63,989 nucleotides of DNA, filler included, from Choristocarpus tenellus KU-1152 (GCA_964200185.2; 12 parts of 12 records of this genome joined end to end with filler, not necessarily neighbours in it), one strand, 5' to 3'. Counted from the whole stretch's first letter, positions 18,401 through 31,102 are shown. Notes: generated by a model not told the origin, from the letters alone. Program-made: numbers and translations.

Positions 18401-18981
18401 GGATTACTGTAAGAACTAGTGAATATTCATCATGTATGATAATATAACCATTTCTAATCTAGCAGAGGCGAACTACATTATGAACTTGCTCAACTTACTG
18501 TACATTACTCTAAAATATCATAGGCTGCACATGGTGGTTCCAATACTTCAATTTCATAGTGTACCAACATGGTATCAGGTATGAACTGCAACAAGTGAGC
18601 AAGACTCAGACAAACAGAACCCATTCCCCACTGGCTACAATCAAAGATCTCGATTTTACGCTTATGTAATCAGCAGAAGCAGCGCGACTACTTGATTGCT
18701 TGAGCAAAGTGGAATTGATCATTCTTCAACACTGGAATCCTTCAAACATAATTGTAACGATAGTCATGCTCCTATTTTGTTGCTGGCATACAATGTGGTG
18801 GCTTGTCGATACCAGCATCGGGAGGGTCTGTCAAACACGCACCCACCTCCTATTCAATGCGCAGGTCAAGGACACTCCCTGTTCGGCACCTACAAGTTGC
18901 ATTGCCATTGTTGATGTACAGTTCAATAAATGCCATGGTTCTCACACAAGTGCTAGCAGGAGCCCCAAGAAGGGGAAGCAG
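12402..18981 (+). CDS. Coiled-coil plus RNI-like leucine-rich-repeat protein (partial exon chain)
   Basis: LRR exons 15964-16062 (LLDLSECGLGDEDMREVSTALAACPLLSHVNLR), 17642-17738 (KNKIGDSGAAILAEIF..IVHLDLQHNQ) and 18035-18166 (ISMAGVREIAIALED) join in phase. Probable coiled-coil exons 12402-12507, 13688-13771 and 14061-14214, plus a downstream exon 18865-18981. The link between the two groups is inferred. Confidence 0.65.
12791..13045 (+). mobile_element. MITE family A copy
   Basis: Full TIRs and a 4-bp TSD TGCT (12787-12790 / 13046-13049). Confidence 0.92.
13648..13675. repeat. Head-to-head interstitial telomeric repeat (TTAGGG)2-CTAA(CCCTAA)2
   Basis: Read directly. Flanked by a 15-bp direct repeat AT(G/A)CCTTTGCAGCTT. 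Confidence 0.9.
16674..16924 (+). mobile_element. MITE family B copy
   Basis: TAGTCAAAGTAAAGGAGAGGTACC ... GGTATCTCTCATATACATTGGCTC. Colinear with 325-587. Confidence 0.65.
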
Positions 18982-21415
18982 GTTCGTGGAAGGAGGCATA
19001 GGGGGGCAAGTTTTTCCTGTTGGGCAATTTGGTCTCTTTCTGCACACTACATAGTAGGTTTAGAAATATTGCTTGGGGAGGGACAAGAAAGGAAGCAAGC
19101 TTTCCTGGTGAACAATAGAGCACTTACCATTCGCTGAGCTGCATGAATACAGCCTGTATCTTTCCTCAAAGAGACAGTAAGCACTTTCCTCTTAAAGCAC
19201 TGCACAGGATAAGGCTGAACGTTAGAAGTCTAATGTAAGATGTTGGTCCCACTCAGAAAAAGACATCAGCATATGAATTTCTCGATATCCATACTACAAT
19301 TTGCTGATATCCATGGAAATATATTGACATCCATCATTCCCTGAAGATTATGTTTTTAAAACGGAGCAAAATTAGTTACAGCATCCACAAGCAAGCTCTT
19401 GAGACAGTTGGGTTTGAGGGGCTTCCAAGTGCCGGGACATTCATTTTGGTTACTAGTTGATTCATACTGTAATTGGTTCTTACTACACCCTGACCCTAAT
19501 TCTACCTAGTAGTTAGCGCCAGAACAATTTGCCGAATTGACATCTGGTAGATAATACGTACTCAATATGAGAGTTACCCAAGAATGTTTTACTTTCTTCA
19601 GCCTGTAACATCATTTTCCACGTCAACAGTAGATCATTTTTGCTTAGTAACATTCCTTACTAGGGACAATGTTCAGGGTTCAATTCCTCCATCAAATCTA
19701 TGTCCATGCAACACCATAGCCAATTTGCTCTAGAAGTTCAGTTGTCCAGCACTAGGCTTGTGCTTAACGTCTGATATCAGGACAAGACCTAGCATCATTT
19801 TGCTCTATAACGACAATTGTTGAGTGTGATACTATCACAAGACTATTCCATCAACTCTTCTCTATGATTCTTCATCGAGAAACACATTCAGCTTGTGATC
19901 ATGGCGACTTTTCAAACACCTTTTAGGCTTCAGTCTAGACAAGACTGAAATTATTGGACCTCTCCTTTCATTCAAGATGACATTCCTAGGTTGCCCATAG
20001 CACCAGGACCTGTTCATGAGCGATCATGGATGAGGCTTTCCCAGGCTTGCTCACGTGTTTCCCTTTAAACCCCACAGTCAGGAACAACATACATATGGCC
20101 ATTTGCTGTTTTGTTATTTTTAACCCACCAAATGGCTCACTCATGTGCTGTTCATACTTTCATTATGAATGCTTTCTCGTCCTTAAAAGATCAAACTAAA
20201 GTGTGAAGGAGAAAGCCCAACAAGGTTTTTGAATAGAACTGCACAATATGCAATAGAGCATCTCTATAGCACTACTTGAGCACCATAGTTGCAATAGAGC
20301 ATCTCTTTAGCGCTACTTGAAGTATCACAGTTCTATTGTTTTGAGTACTATCAACTCTGGAGTATACAGGATTGCCTATATCACACCCTCCTACTTCAAC
20401 GTTGAAAAGCATGTTTACTTGTATACAGGTCAAGCACAGATCAAAAGGATCAGCGGTCACTCAAACTATACAGGAACAAAAACACCATACTGGTTCATCG
20501 TAAACAAAAAGATCGGGGTTGGAAGATTTCCTGAGTTCGCAGGGATAGACTGTTGTGGGTATGCTATGTTCTTGAGCTACTCAAGAGTTAATTTCCGTAT
20601 CACAACAGTATCTCCACCTCCACGATTGCAGCCTCATGACAAAAAGATGTTGACAATATGTCGTTGCATCTCAACTTGATTTGCAGGGGAATACCGGACA
20701 TGGACATAGGTCAACCAGACATCTCGCTGTGCAAAGGTACAACCGTAACTGCATGGCAACAGATGCTTATCGCAGTCAGGACCAAATTGAAACTCCCATG
20801 CTTGCAGTCAACACCACGACAATTAGCATGGAAGACAAAAAAATTTACGAGCACTGTCGGAAGTTGCTCCAAAAAACATGAGGCATCCGACCCATTTCAA
20901 TGTGGTACTACCAAGGTGCTTAAAGAAGAACAGCAGTATTTACAGTCAAACAGCTCTGCCTGAAATGTATTTTGAGTGTAGTCTGTGGGCAGTGATTACC
21001 AGTCACTGGATGACGTGTTCTCTAGTTTGCCCAAGGGCAGGCACGACCCCTGCAAAGTGGCCTAGCTCCTTGAGATACATACTATATATTCCATACACAC
21101 TGTAAAATGAAGAGTAAAGTTTAAGTACTTCAAAGCAATGATTTGGGTCCCGATTGAGTATATATCATTTTGTTGCTCATTTTGAGTTCAAATGTGAACA
21201 GCAGGAAAATAAAAGCATACAACACCAATCAGAATTTTTTTTGTTATTTGACCAGAAAAAAAAGAGCTATTTTTTGGCATACTTTCAAACTCAATGACTA
21301 CTTTCAAGAAAAGTTTACAGATTATATATTACACAAGCTTGGTATCCATTGAGGTAAAGCTGCGTGAGCTGAATATAAGAAAAACTAACCAAAACTTCCT
21401 CACGGAAATACTGAC

Positions 21416-23305
21416 CTTAACCCTAACAAAGCATCCAGCTAGAGTATCAAGTATTTAAATTTTAGGCCAATGAAGGTCAAAATAAAAACCTTTCACACAT
21501 GTAGCATGTGCAAAGACAATCACACACCCCCATATAGATGTATATATATAATTACTGCACAAATGCGTTGTATGAGGAGATGTCAAAACAGACCTAGTTC
21601 TATGTAGGTGTATGTATGTATATATATAGATATATATACTTGCAGGTTAAGTCAATAATCTCAACTGTAGGCAGCACACCATACAGTTTTCTTTTCTCTT
21701 GCACCCTCCATGCGTCAAACTCCAAATCCCCTTTGCAGAGGGTAAAAAAAATATCGAAAGAACATGCAATTTTCATTGTAGGCGAAGATGCCTTACCAAG
21801 ATAACGAATAATCGTTAACCCTAACCCTTAACCTAAACCTATTACCACCTATATTCCAAAATCCAACACCTCAGTCTTAACCCTAACCTTTGAAGTACTA
21901 GTTGTATCATTCAACACAAAACACACAAAATAGACTCAAAGACATAGGGTTAGGGTTAGGGTTAGGGTTAACATTAAGGTTAGCCCTATAAGCCAAATTT
22001 GTACAGTATTGTACAGAATGAAATGTTGAATAAACCAGAATATTTTAGTTTGGCAATGCTGAAAAGAGTAACACGATATAGAGTGGGAATATTGAAATGA
22101 GTATGACTAGAGCTCTAGTGCATAAAAACAGAAAAAAGGCACTCTCCTCACAGAAGAAGGTATGCACTCAACACACCCTGCACAGCCTAAATACAGAATG
22201 AAACACACACCAATCAATAGTGAAACGTGTTTGCTGTATCTGTCGCAGTAGATTAAATTGCAAAAAAAGAAAAAGTGTATCTGTCAATGCAAAAAGAGAC
22301 CGTCCACATCAGAGACGAATTCCAAGTTGTAGTAGAACTGGATGGCATCCACCTGCAGCACAAAACAAGTATGAACAACAAAAACACACGATGGTAATGG
22401 TAAATGTGCAAACAGTACTGATATTGTGCACCCTAATCCTAAGTTCCACAAGCAATGTTCTCTTCATTGCCACAGGCACTTCTCAACAGCTACATGGTGC
22501 CACAGGCATTTTGAGCTTGCATTGTACGGCAATTGTACCCTAACCCTGAAGAATCCCATCTCGTGGGTAGGGTTAGGGTTAACGTCAGTCACACTTGAAA
22601 AGAGCAGCATGAGGAATTAGACATATCACATTGTGAGTATTAATAAAGTGTTTTGACATACACACACATAATTGAGTCTGTTAAGTGCAACCCTAACCCT
22701 AACACCCTACCCATGGTAACTGTACCAAACTTGACAAGGGAAGCATATACAAACCGATTTTGTTTCCATTCATTTTGTTTCGCTAGTTTCAGTCCAAATA
22801 TGATGAAAATGAGTTGCCCAGTCAAATATCACTATCATTCCTAACCCTAACCCTATCATTCACTTGTCTAAGCATCGCAGGACTACCGCTAGTAACCCTA
22901 ACCCTAAGTCTAAGACCACTACTAATAACCCTAATCCTGATCGTAGCCTCAAGTAAAACCAACTGACTGCGCAAAAGATTGAGTGCTTGAAAGTGTTGTC
23001 TTCATTACTAACCCAAAGTCAACCAACAACGGCTTGCCAGAAAAAAAAAATGATTGTAGAACAATACCTTCTCATTCTCATCCGGTAAATGCCTCCTATC
23101 AAGGTTCAGAGCGGCGAAGGGCTTCTTATTCCCTTCTTTTTATTCACCACACAACGACATTAGACAAGTCACTCCCCCTCAAATCCCTTCCCAACCTCAG
23201 AGCCTTCCTTGTAGCTGTAACCCCCACTGCTACAGACTTACACCTAGAGCTTCACCCTATTCTAACCCTAACCCTGACGCAAACCATAGTACTATTCTAA
23301 CCCTA
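21416..23305. repeat. Cluster of short interstitial telomeric tracts (CCCTAA/TTAGGG)n in both orientations
   Basis: Tracts near 21416, 21816, 21878, 21945-21970, 22536, 22568, 22689, 22840, 22894, 22927, 23262 and 23297. Confidence 0.85.
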
Positions 23306-24131
23306 NNNNNNNNNNNNNNNNNNNNNNNNNNNNNNNNNNNNNNNNNNNNTTAATTAATTAANNNNNNNNNNNNNNNNNNNNNNNNNNNNNNNNNNNNNNN
23401 NNNNNCACCCCCCTTCCGACTTGAGAGTCCCCAAGCCCGGACCCTTTTAAGTTCCCCCCCTTACCCCCCCCCCCCCCCCCCACCCCACCCCCCCCAAAAC
23501 CAACAATCCACACACCAACATACCACCAGGAGAGATTCAGCAAGAAATAAGGAAAGGAATGAGAGTCATTGGATGATCTAGAGTAGATGCGTGATAACAA
23601 TAATATCAACAACATGATACTAGAATATTTACGTAAACGTTTTGCTCTTTTTGAAATGCTCTAAATCACATCATGATTATCATTACTGTAAAGCTTGGGA
23701 TGGATCACTTCAGACGTCACAGGATAAAGGCAGGGGGGGTTGTTTAGCTTGGTTTTGGTGGAGGCTAATCTCACTGCTTAAGAATGCGGTGGACGAGGAA
23801 GATCAAGAATACAGTGGCCAAGGCATTGAAGCAATGCTTCTAGTGCATAGTGAATGCACGTAAACCACAGTTACAAATTGAGGTAAACTAGTCCATTTTT
23901 TGTAGCAATAACACCAACACCACTAGACAGCAAATGAGAAAACTGACAGCGGTCAAGGCACAAAAGGATGCGAAACAATGCACACAATTGCCATACGGCA
24001 GAGTCTAGGATATGTGGAGGTATTGCACTACTGTCGCAGAGCACTGCATACCTCAAAGTACTAGGTACAATGCTGTATCAATACGGGATATTCTGACCAC
24101 AATGATACAAAGTCATACTGCTTTGACTCAC

Positions 24132-25676
24132 CTTCTAACTTGGCTTGGTTCACCTCACTTGCTTCCCTTACATCCAAAAATTGATATGTTCCTGGACCAA
24201 ACGACCCTTCCCCCCCCCCACCTCCCTCCTTTTCCTTCATCAACACGTCCTGGAGATCCTGTGGAGACATCTGCCTTGGCAGCATCGCCTTAGCCAGCAG
24301 GGCCACCTGCAGGAAGATCGAAATATGTTTGGAAATATGATCATTTTACAAAATTACAAAATTGTTGACATGTAAAGAGTCAGGAGGAATCTCGTAGCAC
24401 ATGGCTGGTGAGCAAAGGAATAGGACATATGACAAAACGAATGGCCAAGGGAGAGCTTCGTTCTTTGGTAACTCTACTGGATTTTGATTCAATGCTCATT
24501 CATTTCTCGTCATTGTGTAATATTTATGGATGCTTCCACCTCGTGTTTCACGGAATCGGGTACTTGGGGATGGCAAGTAAGAAAACAATGGAGGGATGGA
24601 GGCTCACTCTAGTTTACTTCTCATTGCTTGTGCTTATTACTCTCATGGTGATAGGAGGCTTTGGCGTGGTGCAACTACTTACGATTACCCTCCCGTTCGA
24701 CTCCTAGCAGTGAAAAAGTGACCAAGGGCACGCGAGTGGGACTATACTACCAGAGGCGGGTTTGTGGGGTCGGGACTATGAACCAAAGCTATTGCTAGAT
24801 AAAATAATATACCGCTTTGCGTTCCACTTGGGTGAAAACTGCACGCCAATGGTCCAACACTCACCACGTGCCAGCCAAACTTCGTTCGGACCTTCACCAA
24901 TGTTCCAGCTTCATTCTCGAAGCAGGCGTGCTCAAACTCTTCTACCATCTGGCCCCGCTTAAACCAGCCAAGGTCACCGCCCTTATCCTTGGACGGGCAA
25001 GAACTTAGCTCCTGGGCGATCTCGCCAAAGTTTTCTCCAGCTTTGATACGGTCAATTGCGGAGTCTGCCACGGCTTCGTCAGGCACCAGAATATGAGCCG
25101 CCCTGCACACCTGACCCCCCTCGACCCCGCCAGTAGAAAATGACATCAAGGCCACGCCATTTCGTTTCACTGGAGGGAAAGGAAGATGGGCACCACCAAA
25201 TTGCAAAGTCCAATGCGACGAGTCGTGCAAGTGCCTCCCCATCGGGCTGTGTTTAAGGAGAGATGAGGTATAAGGTCGCGAGGTTCAAGATAGATGAGGT
25301 GGATTACTTAGCATTGGCTTCTCCACGCGTTGAGAAAATCCAAAGGGGCGACAAGTTGAGACAGGTAGGTTGTACTATGAGAATCGCTGGGAAGGAAGGG
25401 TGGGAGCCACCAAGTGTGTATCCATTCCGGCACCAAGACAAAGCACACCAAAAACATATGAAGCGTTGTGAGCACAAAAGCCGATCTTGAACAACACCTG
25501 ATTCCCCTACAAGAATGTTTGGCAATGATTGCTGATGATGCGAACCCAGGCCGTGTGGTAGTGAGAGCTCCCGTCCTGAGCACTGGAACAAAGGCTGCTG
25601 CCAAGCGTTTCCCGGCTAACAACGCAAAACAAGCCATGGACTGCCGTGACTTCGATCTTTGCAATACAGTTAACAT
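24132..25676 (-). CDS. Plastid-targeted parvulin (PpiC-type PPIase)-rhodanese fusion protein, 3' end missing
   Basis: The N-terminal signal ends in AAAFVP (ASAFAP-like). Parvulin exon ~25169-24865 (AAHILV, SSCPS..KGGDLGWFKRGQMVEEFE, TKFGWHV) splices in phase 0 to exon 24306-24132 (QMSPQDL...YQFLDVREASEV, the start of a rhodanese domain). The 5' exon structure is uncertain. Confidence 0.82.
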
Positions 25677-25832
25677 GTTATCGTTCTCCACTTGGAAACG
25701 TCTTCCTTTGCGTTGATTCTGGTCTGCGATAGTGAAGGTGGTTTGATTCAAACATGCAACTTAGGGTTAGGGCATGAAAGGACTTCACACCTCCCACTTC
25801 GATGTTTGATTCCACACAACCAACTCTCAAGT
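25677..25832. promoter_or_regulatory. Putative bidirectional promoter containing TTAGGGTTAGGG (25761-25772)
   Basis: About 156 bp between two divergent start codons, in a CpG-rich region. Confidence 0.5.
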
Positions 25833-27299
25833 ATGAGACCTAACCCAACGGTTGTGCAGGGTCTCGTGGCTGCATGGCTGCTCAATACTTCTTCCGCGTT
25901 ATACTTCAACCCACCAGTCGCTAGGTCTGCAGGAGACATTTGGGTGGGACGAACAGTGATGTGTGGTTCAAAGTCTGGACGTGGGTGTGTTCCAGTCTCT
26001 AGCCTTTTGATGGCAGTATCTGACTTCGGGGACGATGACGACTACTTCGGCGGGGGTATGTAAACGATTCCTGGACTGCGGTTGACTTGTAGTGTAGAGT
26101 ATGTAGCTCTATGAGAAGACCGTCTCCAGTTTTTATCAACGATATCATGACAACCAAAGAGATGTGTCATACTAACCTTTGTGTTTCCCTTTGATTTTGT
26201 GATGCCATAGAATTGCAGAACCCACAACTATACGGCCTACTAATTCTAGATCTATTTCTCTTTTACAATCAGAGTAGCATTTTCGCTGAGGGTCCAAGTA
26301 AACCTTTTGTCAGTCTTGCCTTCATTGCTGGTATCGAACAGAAACCCCTCACTGCTGTAGGTGGTTATTGCGGGTGCTCAATAGAGTATGCCCGCTTCTG
26401 AAGTCCCAAGATCACACTCACTCACCCAGAGATACGATTCCCCAATGTGGACCTACCACTAGTGGTTGGGAGAAGTTATTGGAGAAGTAGGCTTCCCTCG
26501 ATGCATCTCCACTGTTTCAATTAGGCTGGCCTGTAATCATGGCTATCATTGCCCAGTAATCGACCAACTGCTTATTTCCACACCCCAAGTTGCTCTCTAC
26601 CTCCTTCAATTGTGAAGTATACCACCCTCCTTACCGCACATGTGCCCCCTTTGTTCTTTCCCTCCCCTATGAATGTGATTCTTGGAAATTAGGTAATGAC
26701 CCCGATGCTCAAGAGGGGTTCCCAGAGCAGCCGCGAAAGCCCCTCCCTGACGGTAACCCCGGGACTTCGGCGGGCTTGAACGAAGACGATGACTTGAACG
26801 TATTTGACAAGGTGGATATTTTCACGGTCTTGACGCCCTGGTCCCGCACCATTCCCATGTCCATGTGCCCTCTTTTACAGGATTCGGGAGTGCTTACCTT
26901 TCCTTTCCACAATATCTTCCCTGTAATAAATACCAACTTGTTTATGTTATTGTGACCCATGATATGATGTCGATATTGTTCACCCCTGTGTGTATACTTG
27001 GAGAATAAACAGATCCGCATAAGGTAACAGACCTTTTGCCCCTTGACAACAGCACCACCTACGCCGTGGTCAAATGCAATGCATGTTTGAACCCTAACCA
27101 CCATAACCGCCCTCCTGGGAAGTTTTTGTAATGCAATCTCCCTTTCCGTACAACCTGAAACTGGCAGAGCATTCCTCGCCTCAATAGTGTATTCCTCACG
27201 GGATTCCTGGGGAAAGATCCTGAGCCCAAATACCTGCCCAATGGCAGTGTGGTTTTGAACTTGCCTCTGGCTGTGAAGAGAGAGTACCACCCGATAGAG
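25833..27299 (+). CDS. ssb: Organelle-targeted (probably plastid) single-stranded DNA-binding protein, bacterial SSB type, partial
   Basis: Exons 25833-26055, 26693-26811 and 27168-27299 join in phase. Signal-like N-terminus, then LNSVFLTGFLGKDPEPKYLPNGSVVLNLPLAV, the start of an SSB OB-fold. Confidence 0.8.
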
Positions 27300-27934
27300 G
27301 TACGTATCTTGTTCTATGTGTATCATCACTTGTGTAATTTCATTTGTGTGCCCAAACCATTCTTTCAGTTACGGGTACGATCAATACTAGACAATACTCT
27401 TTAATGCTCTTGCCAAACGGTGGTGAGTCTTTAGGAAGGCGCAGTTTTTTTTTGTCTTTGAGTGGGTGCTATTCTATGCCTGCTTACGTGCTCTTTCGTT
27501 CAGAATGCTCACTAGTGCTAACAGCAGGGCCGCAACTTGAAGACCTCAAATTGACCTCAACTTAGAGATGGAAACAGAAGTGGAATAGTCACTGTTACTG
27601 TGTGCCTCGTTTACCTCCCCCCCACCCATCAACAACATCAGAAAGCTCACGCCACTAGCGTTTGTCTGCACAGTGCACGTCTCCGTGGCAAACTTCAACC
27701 AAAAGGCGTTTTGCTGTTGACTGCACTCTACGCACGCCCCAGCAACAGCAGACCCATGCCAATGGGGCCTCGGTTGGCGTTAAAATCACACCTCAAAAAA
27801 TAAAAAAAATAGAAGCAAGAGATTTATATATATATATATATATATATATTTCGTGTCAGGGATATTCTCGATCCTGGTACGGTGCAATTAATTAAATATT
27901 TCAAAACTGGTGCAAGAGAGTACAAAACGGAGCG

Positions 27935-27971
<37 letters not shown>

Positions 27972-28219
27972 ACCCCAACCAACCAACCCCCCCCACCCAC
28001 ACCCACCCCACCCCAACCCCCCACACCCCCCCCCCNNNNNNNNNNNNNNNNNNNNNNNNNNNNNNNNNNNNNNNNNNNNTTAATTAATTAANNNNNNNNN
28101 NNNNNNNNNNNNNNNNNNNNNNNNNNNNNNNNNNNAACACCAAAAAAAAAAAAAAGATAAAAATGGAAAACGTCAAATCCCCCCCCCCCCCCCCCCCCCC
28201 CCCCCCAGATACGTTGACC

Positions 28220-28385
28220 CAGGAAGTGTCAATATCCTTGTTCCGAAGACACCTTTTCATAACATGCACATTTTACCTACTCCGAGATATTTTGGAGTTG
28301 GAAAATGTTATAAAAACCTCGAGAAAAACCAAACCCCAAATGGACAAACAGGGCAAAACTCGTACCCTCTAAGATACTTTCACTC
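28220..28385 (+). mobile_element. MITE family A, 3' part (contig start)
   Basis: AGGAAGTGTCAATATCC...CCCTCTAAGATACTTTCACTC. Confidence 0.85.
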
Positions 28386-28627
28386 TTTTTGCCTCCAGAT
28401 GGATTTGTGAAGAAAAAAGTGCCAGCAAAGAATGTGTCTTATTCACTGATACATGACTACTGAGCTGTGCAGGTGGATGAAGCACAAGTCAAAGGTCTAA
28501 CCCTTGATGAATCATGAGTATACTGCTTCGCAAGCTAGACATGTATGGCAGACACTCTAAGGGTCCTTTTCACTAATACAAAGAGAGAAAAAATTATCCT
28601 GCTGTGAATCATCTCATCAGAAAGTTT

Positions 28628-28885
28628 GGGCCAAATTATCTTAGAGGGTAGAGCTGCGTCCATTTGAGAGTCAACACCCAATTTTGCGATTTTGATGTAA
28701 TCTTGGCTATCGTGTATGTTAGGAAATGTCAATATCTATGTTTCGGACACACCTTTTCATAACGTATATATTTGACCTAATCCTAAACATTTTGGAGTAG
28801 GAAAATGTCATTAAAAAAACATAGGAAGCCAAGCCCCAAATGGACAAACAGGGCAAAAATCGTACCCTCTAAGATACTTTCACTC
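28628..28885 (+). mobile_element. MITE family A copy
   Basis: GGGCCAAATTATCTTAGAGGG...AGATACTTTCACTC. No clean TSD. Confidence 0.88.
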
Positions 28886-30321
28886 GCATATCATCCATGA
28901 CCGCAAGTATGTCATTCAGAAGGAAGTGCGAGTGAGTGGGTCTGTAACTCGCCAAATTCGATTGGTAATGGGCCAAACCAATTGAGAGGTAGGCAGGTTT
29001 GGACCCTTCTCCACACTAAGCCACCTCTTACCCTATGTAATACGATCTATTCCTTTCTTTGCTTTATATGCACAATAGTAGAGTATACAAAAATTGATTT
29101 CCCCCCTTTCCACACACACAGAGTGTCACCATTATTCAGCAAAGACTATTTCTGAGATAGTACAAAACAATGTATTTCCCCTTTTCTCACGATCCTTAAA
29201 AATGCAACCCTGCCTACCTTTCATTTGGTTTGGCTCTGATAGAACAGACCAGCTCTTGAAGTGTCGAATTTTTAGCTTAGTGGTGTACTCAAGACTTCCA
29301 TCATCATAAACTTGTTTAACAAATTTGAGCATTGACACAGCATGAACACTTCAATCCGCCCACCTGTTACATGATTGGTTACTTAGCATGGAAAAATTAC
29401 CATGTTTTCAGGACGATGAAGCTTAAGGAGACACGGAGAGAGTGAGAACAGACACCATGTCCTAGAGATGTTTCTCTCCGTATGCGCCTTGTTAGAGTCT
29501 ACAGTGTGCTAGGTACGCCATTGTTTTGTTACATAGAACACCTGAAGATGCGCAGCAATATTTATGTATCAAGAGAGAAATGCCAGTTGTATAACGCAAC
29601 AACAAAAGGGTTAGTCCAATGTGCATTGGGTTCTTGGCCCCAATAGCTTGTGGAACATAGGACCTTGAATATTTATATTGGAGTCTCTAGTTTTTGGGCT
29701 AATTGGAGATCATCCTTAGAACGTGCTGCGCAACACAGGATCACATACATCCTTTAGCAGTTGAAACCTACACTCACGGAGCTTTATGCCGCAATAGTGG
29801 GTGTTTTCTGAAGATCCTTCTTGAGAGGGCGAGGGCGACCCTGTTGCCCGTCCTGCATGTGAAAATGTCTACCTATGGAAATGCAGTTCTTCTCGATACA
29901 AGCTTGTATACAAATATCTTGGCACACTTGTGCAGTGTGAGACAATCCTTGTAATGTGTGGCTGGACAACATAGTGGAGAGTGCTACCTTGGAGAGTGAA
30001 AAGTCGTGATATTATGTTGACTCATAACAAAAAGTTTAAACGTTACGTTTTGCTTTATGTACTAACGTTTGTTCGGTTAAACTTCCAAAATATAAACATA
30101 TTTCTGGGGATCCAAGTGTTACAAGCATCATAGAGTAAGGGTAACAAAGTATTACATACGTTCTGAACTGGAGTGTGTGGGCATAAAATAGTGTTACGGG
30201 TATAACATAGCGTTGTATAAATCTAATCGCCTCCAGTATTGTGGGCATAGTAACATAGATCTTGGGTGTTACATCTTCCAACATGTAAAAAAAATACTTG
30301 ACGTTATGTCAAAGTTAAAAT

Positions 30322-30393
30322 GGCGGATAATGGGATTCGAACCCATGGCCTCGGCAACCCGAATGCCGAATCATACCTCTAGACCATACCCGC
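30322..30393 (-). tRNA. tRNA-Pro(CGG)
   Basis: GCGGGTA TGGTCTAGAGGTATGATT CGGCA TTCGGGT TGCCG AGGCC ATGGG TTCGAAT CCCAT TATCCGC C. The acceptor, anticodon and T stems pair fully, the D region is Pro-type, and a TTTT terminator follows. Confidence 0.88.
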
Positions 30394-30803
30394 TCGATAT
30401 AGTACATTATTGAAAATTAGAATTAAAACATAATTCTGGCAAATTATATTTGTGTATGAATTAATACGTGATATTCAAACCATACTTGGTAATAATGCAC
30501 TACAATATTACTAATACTTCATTACCTACTTCTTGTTTCACTACTTTCCTACATCCTCTGTCGATTCTTATTTTTTCCAGTGATAGGTGTTTCTTGTGAT
30601 GAAAAAGGAGGACATATATAGCTTCAAAAACGCTACCACAAGAATTAAAATAACTAAGTGCCGATTTTTAAGTTGGCGGGAATGGGGAGCTTTCCCCACC
30701 ACTCTCATATTATAGTACATCAACCAAATATAAATTACATACGGCCTACAGCATAGCAGCGAAGAGAATAGACATGTATGCCAAGTACTATTGATTTGGC
30801 TGC

Positions 30804-30840
30804 TGTTACAGGCGCCCCTCAATGCTCACCTTTCCAGGAT
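30804..30840 (+). mobile_element. Start of a dispersed repeat, possible LTR 5' end (truncated by contig end)
   Basis: TGTTACAGGCGCCCCTCAATGCTCACCTTTCCAGGAT matches 52146 onward. Homology starts at TG and the left flanks are unrelated. Confidence 0.5.
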
Positions 30841-31102
30841 NNNNNNNNNNNNNNNNNNNNNNNNNNNNNNNNNNNNNNNNNNNNTTAATTAATTAANNNN
30901 NNNNNNNNNNNNNNNNNNNNNNNNNNNNNNNNNNNNNNNNACAAAAAACGAGGGGCGGGGGGGGGGGGGGGTGCGGCGTTTCTCCAAGTGTCAGAAACCT
31001 TCACCCATTGTACACCCACCTAGGACATGAACCTGTGTGTGTTGGAGTAGCATTGCTCTTCCAAACCCACCTTCTTCATCTGCCCCGTTTCTTCTGCGTC
31101 AG

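Noticed and set aside
19500-20100. Possible LINE fragment on the - strand
   Set aside because: Motifs are too degraded to support a call.
27930-28206. Poly-C/G tracts giving Pro/Gly-rich ORFs at contig ends (also ~23460, 30955, 57980, 63913)
   Set aside because: They cluster at contig ends and replace MITE sequence at some of them, so they are probably low-quality sequence.
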